NCBI GenBank assembly: GCA_002269645.1
Contig: NIVC01001516.1
Span: forward strand, 1 to 64,000
Source of the DNA: Macrostomum lignano
Taxonomy: Eukaryota
Reading direction: 5' to 3'
Length of the DNA: 64,000 nt
The stretch's first letter is position 1. Every line of letters begins with the position of its first letter. The notes under the pieces were generated by a model. That model worked only from the letters and a program-made list of their open reading frames with translations, was not told the origin of the DNA and did no database searches. Shown here in pieces: positions 35,164 through 46,557 of the stretch. Both the position numbers and the translations under genes were made by a program.

Positions 35164-38100
35164 GTCTGTCTGTGTCTATCAGTCAGTCAGTCAGTGGATC
35201 CTCAGTGAGGACCACAGATGCTAGAATAACCAGATGGGCCACTCAGCACATTTGCGTGTAAGCTACTTTCAGTTCAGTAGTAAGTTGAAAAGAAGCATTT
35301 TAATGTATTTTTAAAGCCAAGGCTCATTTATTGGCTCTTACCCCTCCCCAGCTTAAACCCTCCAACCGCGCCTTTCCACACTGCCCCTACCCCGCCCCGC
35401 CCCAATTTTATTGCCTTTCTCAGAATTCCAGCCTAAAGCTGCCATGTAAATTTAAGTGGACTGGCTAATTTACATTGCTGAACCAATTAGCAAGTTGTTT
35501 ACGCCTGCAAGCTTGTGGGCTTCTAAACTTAACAAAGTCATTTCAACTGTCTTTATTTTTATAAAATAGCTTATGCATTCTTTTTTGCTACTGAACTGAA
35601 AGTAGAAAGCTGTTTTACTAAGTATATATGCCCGAGCAGCCCATCTAGTTATTTTAGTATCTGTGGTGAGGACTAAGCGTGTGCCGCATGCCCAACCCAA
35701 CCATCCCAGGTGCTGATCCCACGCCTGGACCACACCCGCACGGTGAGCTTCTTCTCCAAGGAGGGCAAGATCGCCATGGTGAAGCCCTACCTCAAAGCGG
35801 TGCAGCAGAACAACAACAAGCACATCAACGAAGCCCTGAACAGTCTGTACATCGACGAGGAAGACTACCAGAGCCTTCGCGCCAGCATCGAGGCATTCAA
35901 CAATTTCGACAACATCGGCCTAGCGCAGAAGTGCGAAAAGCACGAGCTGCTGGAATTCAGGCGCATTGCCGCTTTCCTGTACAAGGGCAACAACCGGTTC
36001 AGCCAGAGCATCGAGCTGTGCAAGCGGGACCGGCTGTACAAGGACGCCATGCAGTTCGCTGCCGACTCTCGCGACTCCGAACTTGCCGCCGCCCTGCTGC
36101 AGTGGTTCCTGGATGAGAAGCTCACCGAGTGCTTCTGCGCCTGTCTGTACCAGTGCTACGATTTACTCAAGCCGGACAAGGTGATGGAGCTGGCCTGGCG
36201 GTACAACCTCATGGACTACACGATGCCCTATATGGTGCAGGTCATGGCTGAGTACCAGGCTCGGCTGGAGCGGCTCGAGCAGGCCGAGGCTGTGCGAGCT
36301 GAGAGCGACGAGAAAGCCGACAGCGGTAGCAACCCGATTGTGATGCCGAGTAAGTGCGGAATTCCCTTGTAGGTTACATTCCCCTGTAGATTACATTCCC
36401 CTGTAGATTACATTCCCCTGTAGGTTACATTCCCCTGTAGGTTACATTCCCCTGTAGGTTACATTCCCCTGTAGATTAAATTCCCCTGTAGGTTACATTC
36501 CCCTGTAGGTTACATTCCCCTGTAGGTTACATTCCCCTGTAGATTAAATTCCCCTGTAGGTTACATTCCCTTGTAGGTTACATTCCCCTGTAGGTTACAT
36601 TCCCCTGTATGTTACATTCCCCTGTAGATTAAATTCCCTTGTAGGTTACATTCCCCTGTAGGTTACAGGAGTGTCCAGTCAGCGTTCTCATATTTAGACT
36701 CCATAGATGTTTATAATCCCCATTCTCGAAAACTTTGGATTATGTCAAAACATCGATTTTATTAAACGAATCGTTACTTATAGCACTTTTGATCGTTTAT
36801 TTTAATTCAAACGATATTCGTTTACAAATTTAATGACATTAATCGTTAATCCTTGTCTGATAATCCAAGACTTGAACCAGCCGGCACTGTGCTGGGGTGC
36901 CGGTCCCCAGTTTCATCAAGGATTATCTCCTCAGATGCCTTCCTCTATGTTTAGCGGCAGCAATTCGAGTAAATAATCCAACACTGCATCTGTGCCGGTT
37001 TTAAGTTGTTTTTTACTAAATATTTTATACGTTTCTTTAAGATTTTTTCTCTGGTTGGGTTCTGCTCCGTTCACAGCTTTTTGTAATTTATTGTATACTA
37101 CTCTTCATTCAGTAGCAGCAGCAAGATTGCAGGAAAACTTGTAAAACCCAAATACAGTACGTGTACGTAGCGAGCTCGAAAGAAAAGAAGTGGCGTGGCG
37201 CCTTAGGTCCCAGACAGGCCTTGACTTTGACCTCTTTTCTTACTGCTTTATCATCGGCTGAGCCAGATTGGGCCTGCCCCCCCCCCCCCCAGGCTGAGTT
37301 TCGTCCATCTAACTATGACTTCTCTCATTATTGCTCTCTTATAGGATGAGCCAAATTAGACCTGCCCCCCCCCCAGGCTGAGTTTCGTCCATCTAGCTAT
37401 GACTTCTCTCCTTACTGCTCTCTTATTGGCTGAGCCAGATTGGGCCTGCCCCCCCCCAGGCTGAGTTTCGTCCATCTAGCTATGACTTCTCTCCTTACTG
37501 CTCTCTTATTGGCTGAGCCAGATTGGGCCTGCCCCCAGGCTGAGTTTCGACCATCTAACTGTGACTTCTCTCATTATTGCTCTCTTATTGACTGAACTTG
37601 ATTGAGTTCGTATCCCTAAGACTGAGATTTGTCCACTTCTTGCTTTCACTTCTGTACCTCTAGTTTAAAGACACTGCGCGGACAAACCACTAAAAAATGG
37701 AGACGCTCTACTTTTTAACAATTTTATTTGCGAGTTGACACATCTACGAATAGTTATTCGAGCCAGTGAGTCGAGCAAATTTAAGATTGTATCAAGATAG
37801 AGTCACGTGTCACATTTCGTTATTAGTGCAGGTAGCGACAGGCAGAGATAAATGAGCCAATAGGAAGTCGGGAGGAAGTAGAGATCATACTACTGAGTTA
37901 AAAGTAGCATAAAAGTGGACTTTTATGCTTTTTTACGGTAAAGAACTGAAACTTACTGAAACTTTTTGCTTGCCCTAAATAGAATAGCGCATCCTACACT
38001 CTTATGTCAGTCCTGACGGGACTTTCTGCTAAATCTTCAATACGATAGAAAATTTCCAAATTATTCCAGCATCTGCTATTCAATTAACTTATTTTTTATA

Positions 38101-38352
38101 AAGTGCCATCAGTCTTTTTGCTTCGCGGTTTTCTTTTTTCAGTGTCAGTTTTTTGTTCTATGGTTGACTATTATGACTTGATTTATTAATTAATGTGTGC
38201 CAATTCCATCCCCAACAGGCAATCCCATGCTGATGCTCACCAACACTCCGCACTCGATGATGCCGCCTGGAGTGGCCGGCATGCCGCCTTACCAGCCTCC
38301 GCCGCCGCCTCATCAGGGCGGCTATTACCCGGGCATGCCGCAGCAGTTCTGA
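19881..38352 (+). CDS. CLTC: Clathrin heavy chain, complete, 11 exons, ~1681 aa
   Basis: Exons 19881-19922 ([14 protein letters not shown]|gtaagt), 24738-25701, 26150-26664, 29065-29583, 29983-30360, 31398-31898, 32560-32889, 33196-33711, 34571-35077, 35710-36349, 38219-38352. All phases are consistent, the sequence is unmistakably CHC, and it ends in a Pro/Gly/Tyr-rich tail. Confidence 0.97.
20630..21023. mobile_element. MITE with 9-bp TSD (Mutator-like), 394 bp
   Basis: ~55-bp imperfect TIR CGAAGAGCTTGCGTGCACGGC..TTCACGTAAGCTCAGAATTGCGTGCACGGC; TSD TTGTTGCTA at 20621-20629 / 21024-21032. Confidence 0.85.
21208..21811. mobile_element. Degenerate MITE with 8-bp TSD
   Basis: Ends CTACACTCAGGAA / TTCCTGAGTATGG (9/11 match); flanking GTAAGCAA twice (21200-21207, 21812-21819); internal GCGCAC repeats. 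Confidence 0.5.
23060..23400. repeat. GA-rich purine low-complexity tract
   Basis: Almost pure A/G; the overlapping minus-strand L/S/F-rich ORFs are artefacts. Confidence 0.85.
25800..26105. repeat. Degenerate ~60-67-bp tandem repeat in CHC intron 2
   Basis: Recurrent caaagagtcgggct..gcggcagtttcaatgaagatg..gcggtcactt, about 4-5 copies. Confidence 0.8.
26790..28800. repeat. 36-bp minisatellite with 179-bp higher-order unit, CHC intron 3
   Basis: Unit gggtcaaggatcgagctctaaagtgggtcgggcact; identical ORF starts recur 179 bp apart (26973/27152, 27343/27522, 27845/28024). Confidence 0.95.
30430..31380. repeat. 24-bp minisatellite in CHC intron 5, interrupted by a MITE
   Basis: Unit ccccttgagaatcgcccttcatct, ~20 clean copies to 30927 and degenerate copies after 31225. 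Confidence 0.95.
30928..31224. mobile_element. MITE (297 bp), CATA termini, 8-bp TSD (hAT or P superfamily)
   Basis: Perfect 14-bp TIR CATACATGCGCAAC; TSD GCCCTTTA (30920-30927 / 31225-31232). Confidence 0.92.
32045..32520. repeat. 48-bp minisatellite (96-bp alternating dimer) in CHC intron 6
   Basis: ggctaattgctgtgttagcgaggcta(g/a)ttataaatgataaacagc(ta/ca), about 10 copies. Confidence 0.95.
32930..33216 (+). repeat. Five 60-62-bp tandem copies of the CHC intron 7 / exon 8 boundary
   Basis: CACAG|GTGCTAATCGAGCACATCCG at 33012, 33072, 33134 and 33196 (true exon start); mutated copy CACAAGTGCT at 32952. Confidence 0.9.
33800..34480. repeat. 18-20-bp minisatellite in CHC intron 8
   Basis: aagatcccaa(gat/act)aagc(a/t)ga units; the distal part forms a 38-bp dimer. 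Confidence 0.95.
35105..35195. repeat. (TCTG)n microsatellite in CHC intron 9
   Basis: Direct reading. Confidence 0.9.
36360..36666. repeat. 17-bp minisatellite in CHC intron 10
   Basis: acattcccctgtag(g/a)tt, about 18 copies, starting 10 bp after the donor. Confidence 0.95.
37250..37620. repeat. ~85-90-bp tandem repeat (x4) in CHC intron 10
   Basis: gctgagccagattgggcctgc(c)n aggctgagtttcgtccatcta..tgacttctctc..ttgctctctta. Confidence 0.85.
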
Positions 38353-40169
38353 TAATAGAGGCTCCTCGAAAACAATAATGGAATTCTCTCAACTGACTAC
38401 TTAACATGCTTAGTAGTGTGATAGTAATAATGACTGGACAAGTAGACTCTGAAAATGGCATCCCTTAATCTCTATTTCCTGTCGTGCACAATCTTGTCTT
38501 TAAGTTCGCCTAAAAACTGTTGCTTAAATTTGATTACAAACAGCTATTCGAAAAATCTAAAATTGCTTCGAAAGTCAATGAAAATCCTAATAAAAAGTCA
38601 TTTTGAAAATATATGAAATATTATAAGAACTTGTTGGACACCGCGCCACTACATTTCCCTAAACTTATACTGTTTACTCAAAAACTACCATTTTATTCCA
38701 TTGTTTCAATTTTTGCTTGTCTTTTCTCTCTGCCTGTAATTACGATTCTGTTGTCGGTTACAGCTTAATACCGCACATATAATATCTTAATGATATACAA
38801 ATATGGGAATTTCTGATAAGAACAGACAGTTGGTTAATCTTTTTGTCCGGCATTATTTGCCGCGTACTACTTACTGAAATGTGTGGGACTAATAAATCCT
38901 GTTTATTTTATTGTTAGCAGTGCAATTGTCGTGGCCCTAAGAACAGCCTGTCTTCTTGTTACAACCAGAAATTTTTATTAATTAAGGTATTTAATAATTG
39001 TTTGCACTTTGGATTCAAGCGCTTTATTCCTTAAACTGTTATTCACTAATTTAGCACTGAGAATCGTTGAACCGCAGCAGAGTACAGCTGGAGCTTATGC
39101 GCAACTTATTGTTCTATCTTTATATTATTTTACTAATATTTATGAAACTGTTTACGGACGCACTATAAATCTCACCCTCGGTTATTGCCTGTCCATTTCT
39201 CTTAACTATATTTTGTTTGTTATATTTCTTGTTTCTCGTTGTCAATTCTACGTTAAATTTGTGTGTTTTGTGCCATTTTCCCTCGTCAAAGTCATAACGT
39301 TTCTCTCTCTCTCTCTCTCGCGTCTCCTCACAGGCTTTCCATTTTATTTCCAGTTTTTGTGTCCTGTCTGTTTCGCCACATTAATTTTGTCAAATATCTG
39401 ACAGCCCTCGTGTTGTTTCACGGTTTATTAATAAAGTCATTTTACTCTTTATTCCCAAAGTAGATATTGTAGACTAATAAAGTAACAGCACGTATTTCAG
39501 CAGCTGGTTTAGCTTCGATTGTGTTTTCAAACCCCTACCATTTTGTTTAGTGATTAAATAAATTTATTATTAATAAATTAACGGACCTGTCATTAGATGA
39601 ACGACAACAAAGTTTCTTTTTATTCAGGTCTGCTTTGTTTCTTCAGCTTTGCTGCTTCTCAACCACACATTGTTCCTAATTGTGCTCCAGGGCACAAGCT
39701 AGTTAATATTAGTTTTACACTAATCTATACAATAATTGTGACGTGTCATTTGTTATGAACAGTTTTGTCCTCGTTTATAAAAGGTGGATTGCTTTACCCT
39801 GAAAATTTTGTCTGTTTCTTGTTTTAGACATGTCGTTATCGCTTGGCTAATAAAATAATACACCTGACTGATCCTTAAATACCTGGATTTATTATTCTGA
39901 TTATGTCGTATAAGTGTTGTATGTGGTCTTAAATAACTTTTCTATTTTTTAGCTAGTAGCGCAGCTATAACTGTAAAATGATGGATAACTTTGGTTAGGA
40001 GGGAAAAACCTTAAAATTTCGAAAATGCGAAAAGCTTTCATTTTTGGTTAAAATCATTCAATCGTTCATCCCGTGACATCATTGCAAATCAACAGCTTCC
40101 TAGTTCTTTGCCCATTAATTTTTTTAACTTTGAGTCAGTGACGAGTCTCGCAAATACCCTTAGCAAAAA

Positions 40170-40710
40170 GGGGTCCATGAGAATTGCCCGCCGAGATTTG
40201 CCCGCAGGAGATTAGTACGCCGAGAATTGCCCGCCGAGATTTGCCCGCAGGAGATTTGCACGCCGAGAATTGCCCGCCGAGATTTGCCCGCAGTGCATTT
40301 TGCCCGTGAGCGAATTGCCCGTGGAGATTTGCCCGCCGAGTTTTTTCCCGCTGAGGTTTGCCCGCAGTGCTTTTTTCCTGCAGCGCATTTATCAGCTAGA
40401 TTCTGTCTGCAATCCCCCCCCATCCCCCTAGAGAGATATGCATTTGATATGCAGTTACTATCAAAGCGTTTGATCGGGTAAATCTCTTTATTAAAAGTTA
40501 CTAAGCATTGGGGAGGCAATGCAGACAAAATCTGCCGCGTGGCCAAATGCGCTGCAGGAAAAAAGCATTCGCTCTTTTTTTCGCTCGCTATCGCGGCCGT
40601 TGCGGGCAATTCACTTGCGGGCAAACTGCACTGCGGGCAAATCTCGGCGGGCAATTCTCGGCGGGCTAATCTCCACGGGCAATTCGTCTACGGGCATTTT
40701 TCGTGCCCCC
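40170..40710. mobile_element. Foldback-like non-autonomous element (~540 bp)
   Basis: Arrays of TTGCCCGC on the left and inverted GCGGGCAA on the right; imperfect termini GGGGTCCATGAGAATTGCCCG / CGGGCATTTTTCGTGCCCCC; no clear TSD. Confidence 0.7.
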
Positions 40711-41899
40711 AGCAAGGGTGGTTGTAAAGATGCCTCCAAGGGCATTCCAAGTTCTAGTTCTGACTTTTTTAAACCGTATAACAAAGCTTGCTATATCAAG
40801 GTATGATGAAAAATAAATAAAAATCATATGGTTCTGAAATTTAAACGAAATAACTGTTGTAAAAACTAGCTCTCGTAGTTAAATATGATATCAATTTAAA
40901 GGACACAACAATAATCAGGTTTAATTTAAGCAATCTGTGAATTTCGCAATAGCTCACGGCACGGCCGGATAACTTCAGCAACTGTTACTAGCAAAAAATC
41001 ATTAACAGTAGAGCGGCAGTGACAAGCGATACCTGAACTATTTGTTTTCAATTCGTGAATTTCGTGTCAATTTTATTCACTTTAAAATCAATCACTTTAG
41101 TCCCAGTAGTAATGAGCCGTCACTCTAAATAATGCATCTATGAATAATCCAACTACACAGATTTGTCTGGCAGACGTTGTGTCTTGGTCTATTGCCTGCT
41201 GTCCCTTTGATGTGCAGTGCAAAATAGCTAGAAAAAATCAATAAGATATTAAACAATCTATATTTTTAGCTTTTAACAGCATAGAAGGACTTTAACAGCA
41301 ATGCTATTATGCTAATTTCTTATTTATTTATTTCTAGTTTAGTATTGAACTTTTACTCCATTCATTTAATGACTTAATTTTATAGAATAGGGCCAATGCA
41401 TCCTAATATTAGGGCCATAGTCACTGTCATTTTAGGGGGAGAGAGTAGCCTAAACCTAGAAGTTAGGCCCCTTAAGGTTAACTCATTTATGTAGTTCAAT
41501 TCATAGGGACAGGGTGGTATAGTATACCTGTATAACTTTCACTGACACATTTTAAAACACATCTTTTGACACTTTTTATAACACTTAAAATGTTGCAAAA
41601 AGTTTTATAAAAGTATCAAAAAAGTGTTATAATAGTTAACTTTTATTGACACATTTTTAGAATGTAGGCCCTATTCTAACACTTAAAACGTCACTTAGAG
41701 CTAGGTCATGTATATATAATATACATGTACTATTCATGTACAATTTGTATATATATATATATGTTTCTTAAGATACTTCAGCAGCCTGCAGTATACATGT
41801 AAGACTTTTATGTGTACAAAGTATACATGTATAGGCCTATAACGCTATAAATATATCAATTAATGCAAATGATGTGCAACAGTTGCGTGAATTTCTGAG

Positions 41900-43780
41900 G
41901 CACTATGGTCAGTGCCCCAAAGAGTGAAGATGGCATTTCGCTAAGCAATAAGTGAGTGCATATCCATGTGTGTTGTTGAGTATGGGCAATGAAAGCATGA
42001 ACAAATTTTAAAATACAAGCTCCTCTGTTTGCAAGTAAAGTAATGAATTTAATGCTTTATTTTTCTATGCATGATTTTGTCTATAGACAAATTTCAGTCA
42101 GTCATAGTGAGCATCATTTTTGCAATTGGGCTTTGGTATTGCTTAAATAAGACATTTATTGATGCCTTCTTAATGAATGAGTACAGAAGTAGACTATTAT
42201 AAATTTCAATACAGTTTGTGTAACTCTATGGTATAAGTACTATTACTTTTGTGGGTATAACTTTTGTTCTCTAGTATCAATTTTAAAAATTCAAAAAGCA
42301 GTCTAAAGAAGAGATTTGCCACTATTAGTTCATAAAATTTTAAGTCACAAGAAGCTATAGAACAAGAGCTACAGTTAAGATTAACACTACTTTTGGGACA
42401 ACCCTCATAGATCTTGTCATTCTTTATTAGCAATAGTGGCATCAGAACAATGCAATTTCTTTTTTAGGTAGGTGTTCAACAAAATTAGGTTGGTAGTTAG
42501 TGGCAAGATCTTAGGAACTGCAGCCCTTGTTAACTTTTAGAGTCTAAAGAGCTGACAATGAGATTATGACAATAGGAGTTGTGAACCATAACATATTATA
42601 TTGTTTTGATGCAGATTTAATCGCCTGTTTTCAATGCTGTTACCATGCAGATCTCCATACAACACTTTAGGCTATACCCTATTTTTAGGGCAAGACTTGG
42701 AATACCAACTTTAGCATTAATTTTGTATAGCAGCCAAGTTTTTAAAGCCACACATATTCCAAGTAGCAATGACATGAAAGTCAAAATATCTAGTGTCGAG
42801 AGCAGCTAATAGACTAAGATTTGGCTTGCTTGTTACAATTTGCAATTCTTTCAAAAACCAAGCAATTTCTAGCATTCTAGTAGTGCAAAGACTCACTTAA
42901 CCTCTACTGGCAAGGTGCACTTCCCACAATGAGAGCCCCAGATTGATTCATAATAGCCACATCATTTCTTGCAATGGCCTTTTTGTCATCATTTCATTTG
43001 CTCAATGGTTTCTAAAAAATCCACTGGATACTTGCTTGGAAGTAGAGCTGCTGAAATTAGAGCTTTGCCAGCTACCACAAATAACTTTTGCTTTTTTTTC
43101 ACACTATCCTCATAGTCTACTGGTCAAAGTTTATGTCTATGGCAATGCTTATATAGCTCACAAGCATGAAAGAAGCCTCAGCAGAATTTGCATAAAAGAT
43201 AGCTAAAAGAAACTTTGGTAGAACCTTTGTTTTAGATGACAATAATCTCTTCTTGTTTAGTTTTTGATAAAACTTGAATGTTGTACTCAAAGTTGCTTAG
43301 CAGATATAGTTTGGTCATGGCCTTCTTATACTCTTTGAATGAGCAGTAGCTGCAGCAACAGCAATCTCAAATTTTGTGGTAACAAAGCAAGTGATCCCAT
43401 GGACAAGAACAGAGGATACCACAAAAATAGCACAAATGTCTCTTTTTCACCTTTTTATCTGCACTAGCAGCATTACATTCATCGCCAACTTCCTCCTCAT
43501 TTTGACTACTCAGTGTATCATCAATGCCAGAATTTGGGTCATCAACAAGTTTGCCATCTTGAAGTTCGTGCACAAGGCTGCAGATAGCATTGTCAGTTAA
43601 AAAGAGTGCCTCAATAAATTATTAGATTACTTTATTCTTAATTCATTGCTTAGATTAGAAACAGTAGGTGCAGCCACAGTGCCAGGATCAGCTGTTGCTG
43701 AGATGAGAGCAGCTGCTGCAGTGGCTGGGACAGAAACAGCCGCTACAGTCACTTGGACACTTGGAGCACTCAATTTGTTG
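41900..43780 (-). pseudogene. Heavily decayed tyrosine-recombinase (Crypton-like) transposon ORF
   Basis: Ordered fragments across stops and frameshifts: RHLCYFCG..HL..H; SNFEYNIQVL..IIV; LCKFC*GFF..LYKH; NDDKKAIARND; IPSLALKIGYSLKC (42661-42703); PKILPLT..LNTYL. From memory these match animal YR-element proteins. The catalytic region is too eroded to confirm. Confidence 0.55.
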
Positions 43781-44656
43781 TATAAAATTGTTTTTTGCAA
43801 GTTGAATCTAAAATCTAACAAAGCACTATTCTCTATTTAGAAGCAAAAACATGCTAATTATAGACAATTTAATTAGTGATTCTATTAAATTATCATTAAA
43901 AAAATTGCTCTAGCCCTATACGACACCTGATTACTACGTATTTTATTATTGATCATTTAAGCTTTCATTAAAGTCATTTTACTTGAGTTAGAAACTATAG
44001 TTCAAGACAATTTTTTGTTATTTGTAGGCAAATTTGTTTTTTATATTCTATCATTCATTTTTATTTGCTAATATGCTTAATAGACATGGTATATATGGTG
44101 TCTGCCAATAAGAGATTAACAGAAAGTAAGTAAGCAAGTAAAAATCAGGAATGGGTTTCTACACAACAATCCTGCATTTATATATTTGCACCCAAGCATA
44201 AATTATTTCATGATTGATAATTTTTGGGACAAAAAAAACATTTGTTTGCATAACATTTCTGTAAAAGCTTACTTATAGTAGATTAGTAAGAAAAACCTAT
44301 TTGAAAAACTTCAAAGTTTTTTTAACCTTTACAAAATATTTTAAAATCTTTAAAATTTTATAATCCTACATAATGGGATCAATTTGTCAGTTGAGAAAGT
44401 TCACTGCCTATGTGATAGAACTATAGTTATTTTATAGTTAATATATTTACTCTATTTTTAGTTTCAGATTAGCATTCATTTTACATTGAAAGTAGTATTA
44501 TTATAACAATTTACAGTGGTAGACATCAAATATTCAAAATCTAAGCACTTTATATTGTTGGCATTTGTTTCCCACTGCGGAGCGGTTGTTCCACCGTCTC
44601 TAGCGACCTCGCTCACTGCCCACTAAATCCTAAACAACACAAACAACTAATAAAAC

Positions 44657-44854
44657 ATGACCCGCGGCAACCAGCGCGATCTGGCTAGGGCTAAGAATGC
44701 CAAAAAGCAGGCCGAGCAGGGCAAGAAAAAGGCCGCTAATGAGAAGAATGGCAACAGAGGCCTGACGCTGGAGGAGCGCCGTCAACGGGACGCTGAGATA
44801 CTTCGACAAAAGCAGCAGAAAGCTGCTGAGAAGGCGGCCGGAGAAAAGAAATGA
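44657..44854 (+). CDS. SERF: Small EDRK-rich factor (SERF/4F5 family), 65 aa, intronless
   Basis: MTRGNQRDLARAKNAKK..LTLEERRQRDAEILRQKQ family signature. Confidence 0.92.
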   Translation: MTRGNQRDLARAKNAKKQAEQGKKKAANEKNGNRGLTLEERRQRDAEILRQKQQKAAEKAAGEKK

Positions 44855-44980
44855 TGGACAGGTGGCGAAGAGAAGAGGGGGAGCTGTCGATAAGACTCTT
44901 AATCCTGGACTAATATTCGTGCGCATACAGCAGTTCTCTACTTGCCCGACTGCTCTTAAGCAAGTTATTAAGTCCAAGTT

Positions 44981-45225
44981 CATACATGCGCAACCCCGCT
45001 GATTTACACCGGCCGTACGACTTACTTTTTGACCAAAAATGCAACTTACCTATGAATAAAAACAAGGAAAGTTTTTGGGTAAACGGTGGGAGTAACTATA
45101 ACTGTATTATTGAGCCTAAATGCATCGTCAGGTAATTAGTGCCCTAACAGTTTTTTTCGGTGGGCATTTTCGCGACCTACCTCGGCTGGGCCCCTTGCCA
45201 GCCGGCCGGGTGTTGCGCGTGTACG
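44981..45225. mobile_element. Diverged second copy of the CATACATGCGCAAC MITE
   Basis: Left TIR exact, right TIR GTTGCGCGTGTACG; internal sequence colinear with 30928-31224 (tttgggtaaacgg..ggagtaactat..aaatgc.tcgtcag). Confidence 0.8.
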
Positions 45226-46090
45226 ACTCCAAGTAATTGAAAACTTTGCAACAGTTTTGTTGATCGGCAAGACAGAGAATTGCATACTTAGTAATCGTAT
45301 TGTATATGAGTATTAGCTGACAAATCTATAACAAATATTTTTGCTTGTTTATAAACAAGGGCAATTCGAATTTGAAAGCAAGGTTGAACTTATTTATTCA
45401 GTCTTGCACTTTGCATGGGCCTTTCCTTTTTTAAATTCGACCGCTCCTAATAAAACAGGCAACAACGCGCACTTTATATATATAACCTACTAATAGTACT
45501 GTAGCGCGCTTCATTCTATTGTATTGTACTTATTTTTGCGTCAATTTAATCAACAAAACCCAGTTGAAACGCACCGAAAGTAAGTGCTAAATTTGCTACT
45601 CAGAAGTAGGCCCCTTGGCGATGCGTGTGTACAAACACTGTTCGAGCTCTCTCAGTCTCCGCTTGTTATGTTTGTTGTAGTTGCTCTGATATAGGAAGGC
45701 AAACCTCAAAGTTCAGTTAATTTTGCAGTCCACCTTTACATTTGGTTGGTTTTTTTTTCTAATTTCAAAGACGGTGGTCTTCAAAGCGGAAACAGTGATA
45801 GGTTTTTTGTACAATTATATTAACTCATTGGCTGATCGGTTCACCTTGTCAGTCTGTTTAATTTAAATATACCTGCCCTTTTCCTTTTATTCATTTATTG
45901 TCTAATTGTCGGCTGAGAAATTATTAACTTAAACTATTTATTACTAGCTAGAATTTTCTGCCAAGTATTATTTATTTCCTTAACACGACTAGTGCTTAGG
46001 TTAGTGTAATAGAACAGTGGACACTCCACAGGCTGCAGTAGTCAGTGCTGCATTTGAACTATTGAGTCTGTATATGGACGTATTTTAAGT

Positions 46091-46557
46091 TCAGTATTTT
46101 CCATGTTGGTCATCATTGCCGTCAGCACTTTCCATGTTGGTCATCATTGCCGTCAGTATTTTCCATGTTGGTCATAATTGCCGTCAGCACTTTCCATGTT
46201 GGTCACCATTGCCGTCAGCACTTTCCATGTTGGTCATCATTGCCGTCAGCACTTTCCATGTTGGTCACCATTGCCGTCAGCACTTTCCATGTTGGTCATG
46301 ATTGCCGTCAGCACTTTCCATGTTGGTCATCATTGCCGTCAGCACTTTCCATGTTGGTCATCATTGCCGTCAGCACTTTCCATGTTGGTCATAATTGCCG
46401 TCAGCACTTTCCATGTTGGTCACCATTGCCGTCAGCACTTTCCATGTTGGTCATCATTGCCGTCAGCACTTTCCATGTTGGTCATGATTGCCGTCAGCAC
46501 TTTCCATGTTGGTCATGATTGCCGTCAGCACTTTCCATGTTGGTCATCATTGCCGTC
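46091..46557. repeat. 31-bp minisatellite x15
   Basis: ttccatgttggtca(t/c)(c/g/a)attgccgtcagcact. Confidence 0.95.

Noticed and set aside
44657-44854. SERF as a processed retrocopy
   Set aside because: No poly-A tail or TSD, and intron loss is evident in other genes here; most simply the normal gene.
46091-46557. 31-bp array as a CRISPR-like locus
   Set aside because: No unique spacers, eukaryotic context and no cas genes. The same applies to all other arrays.
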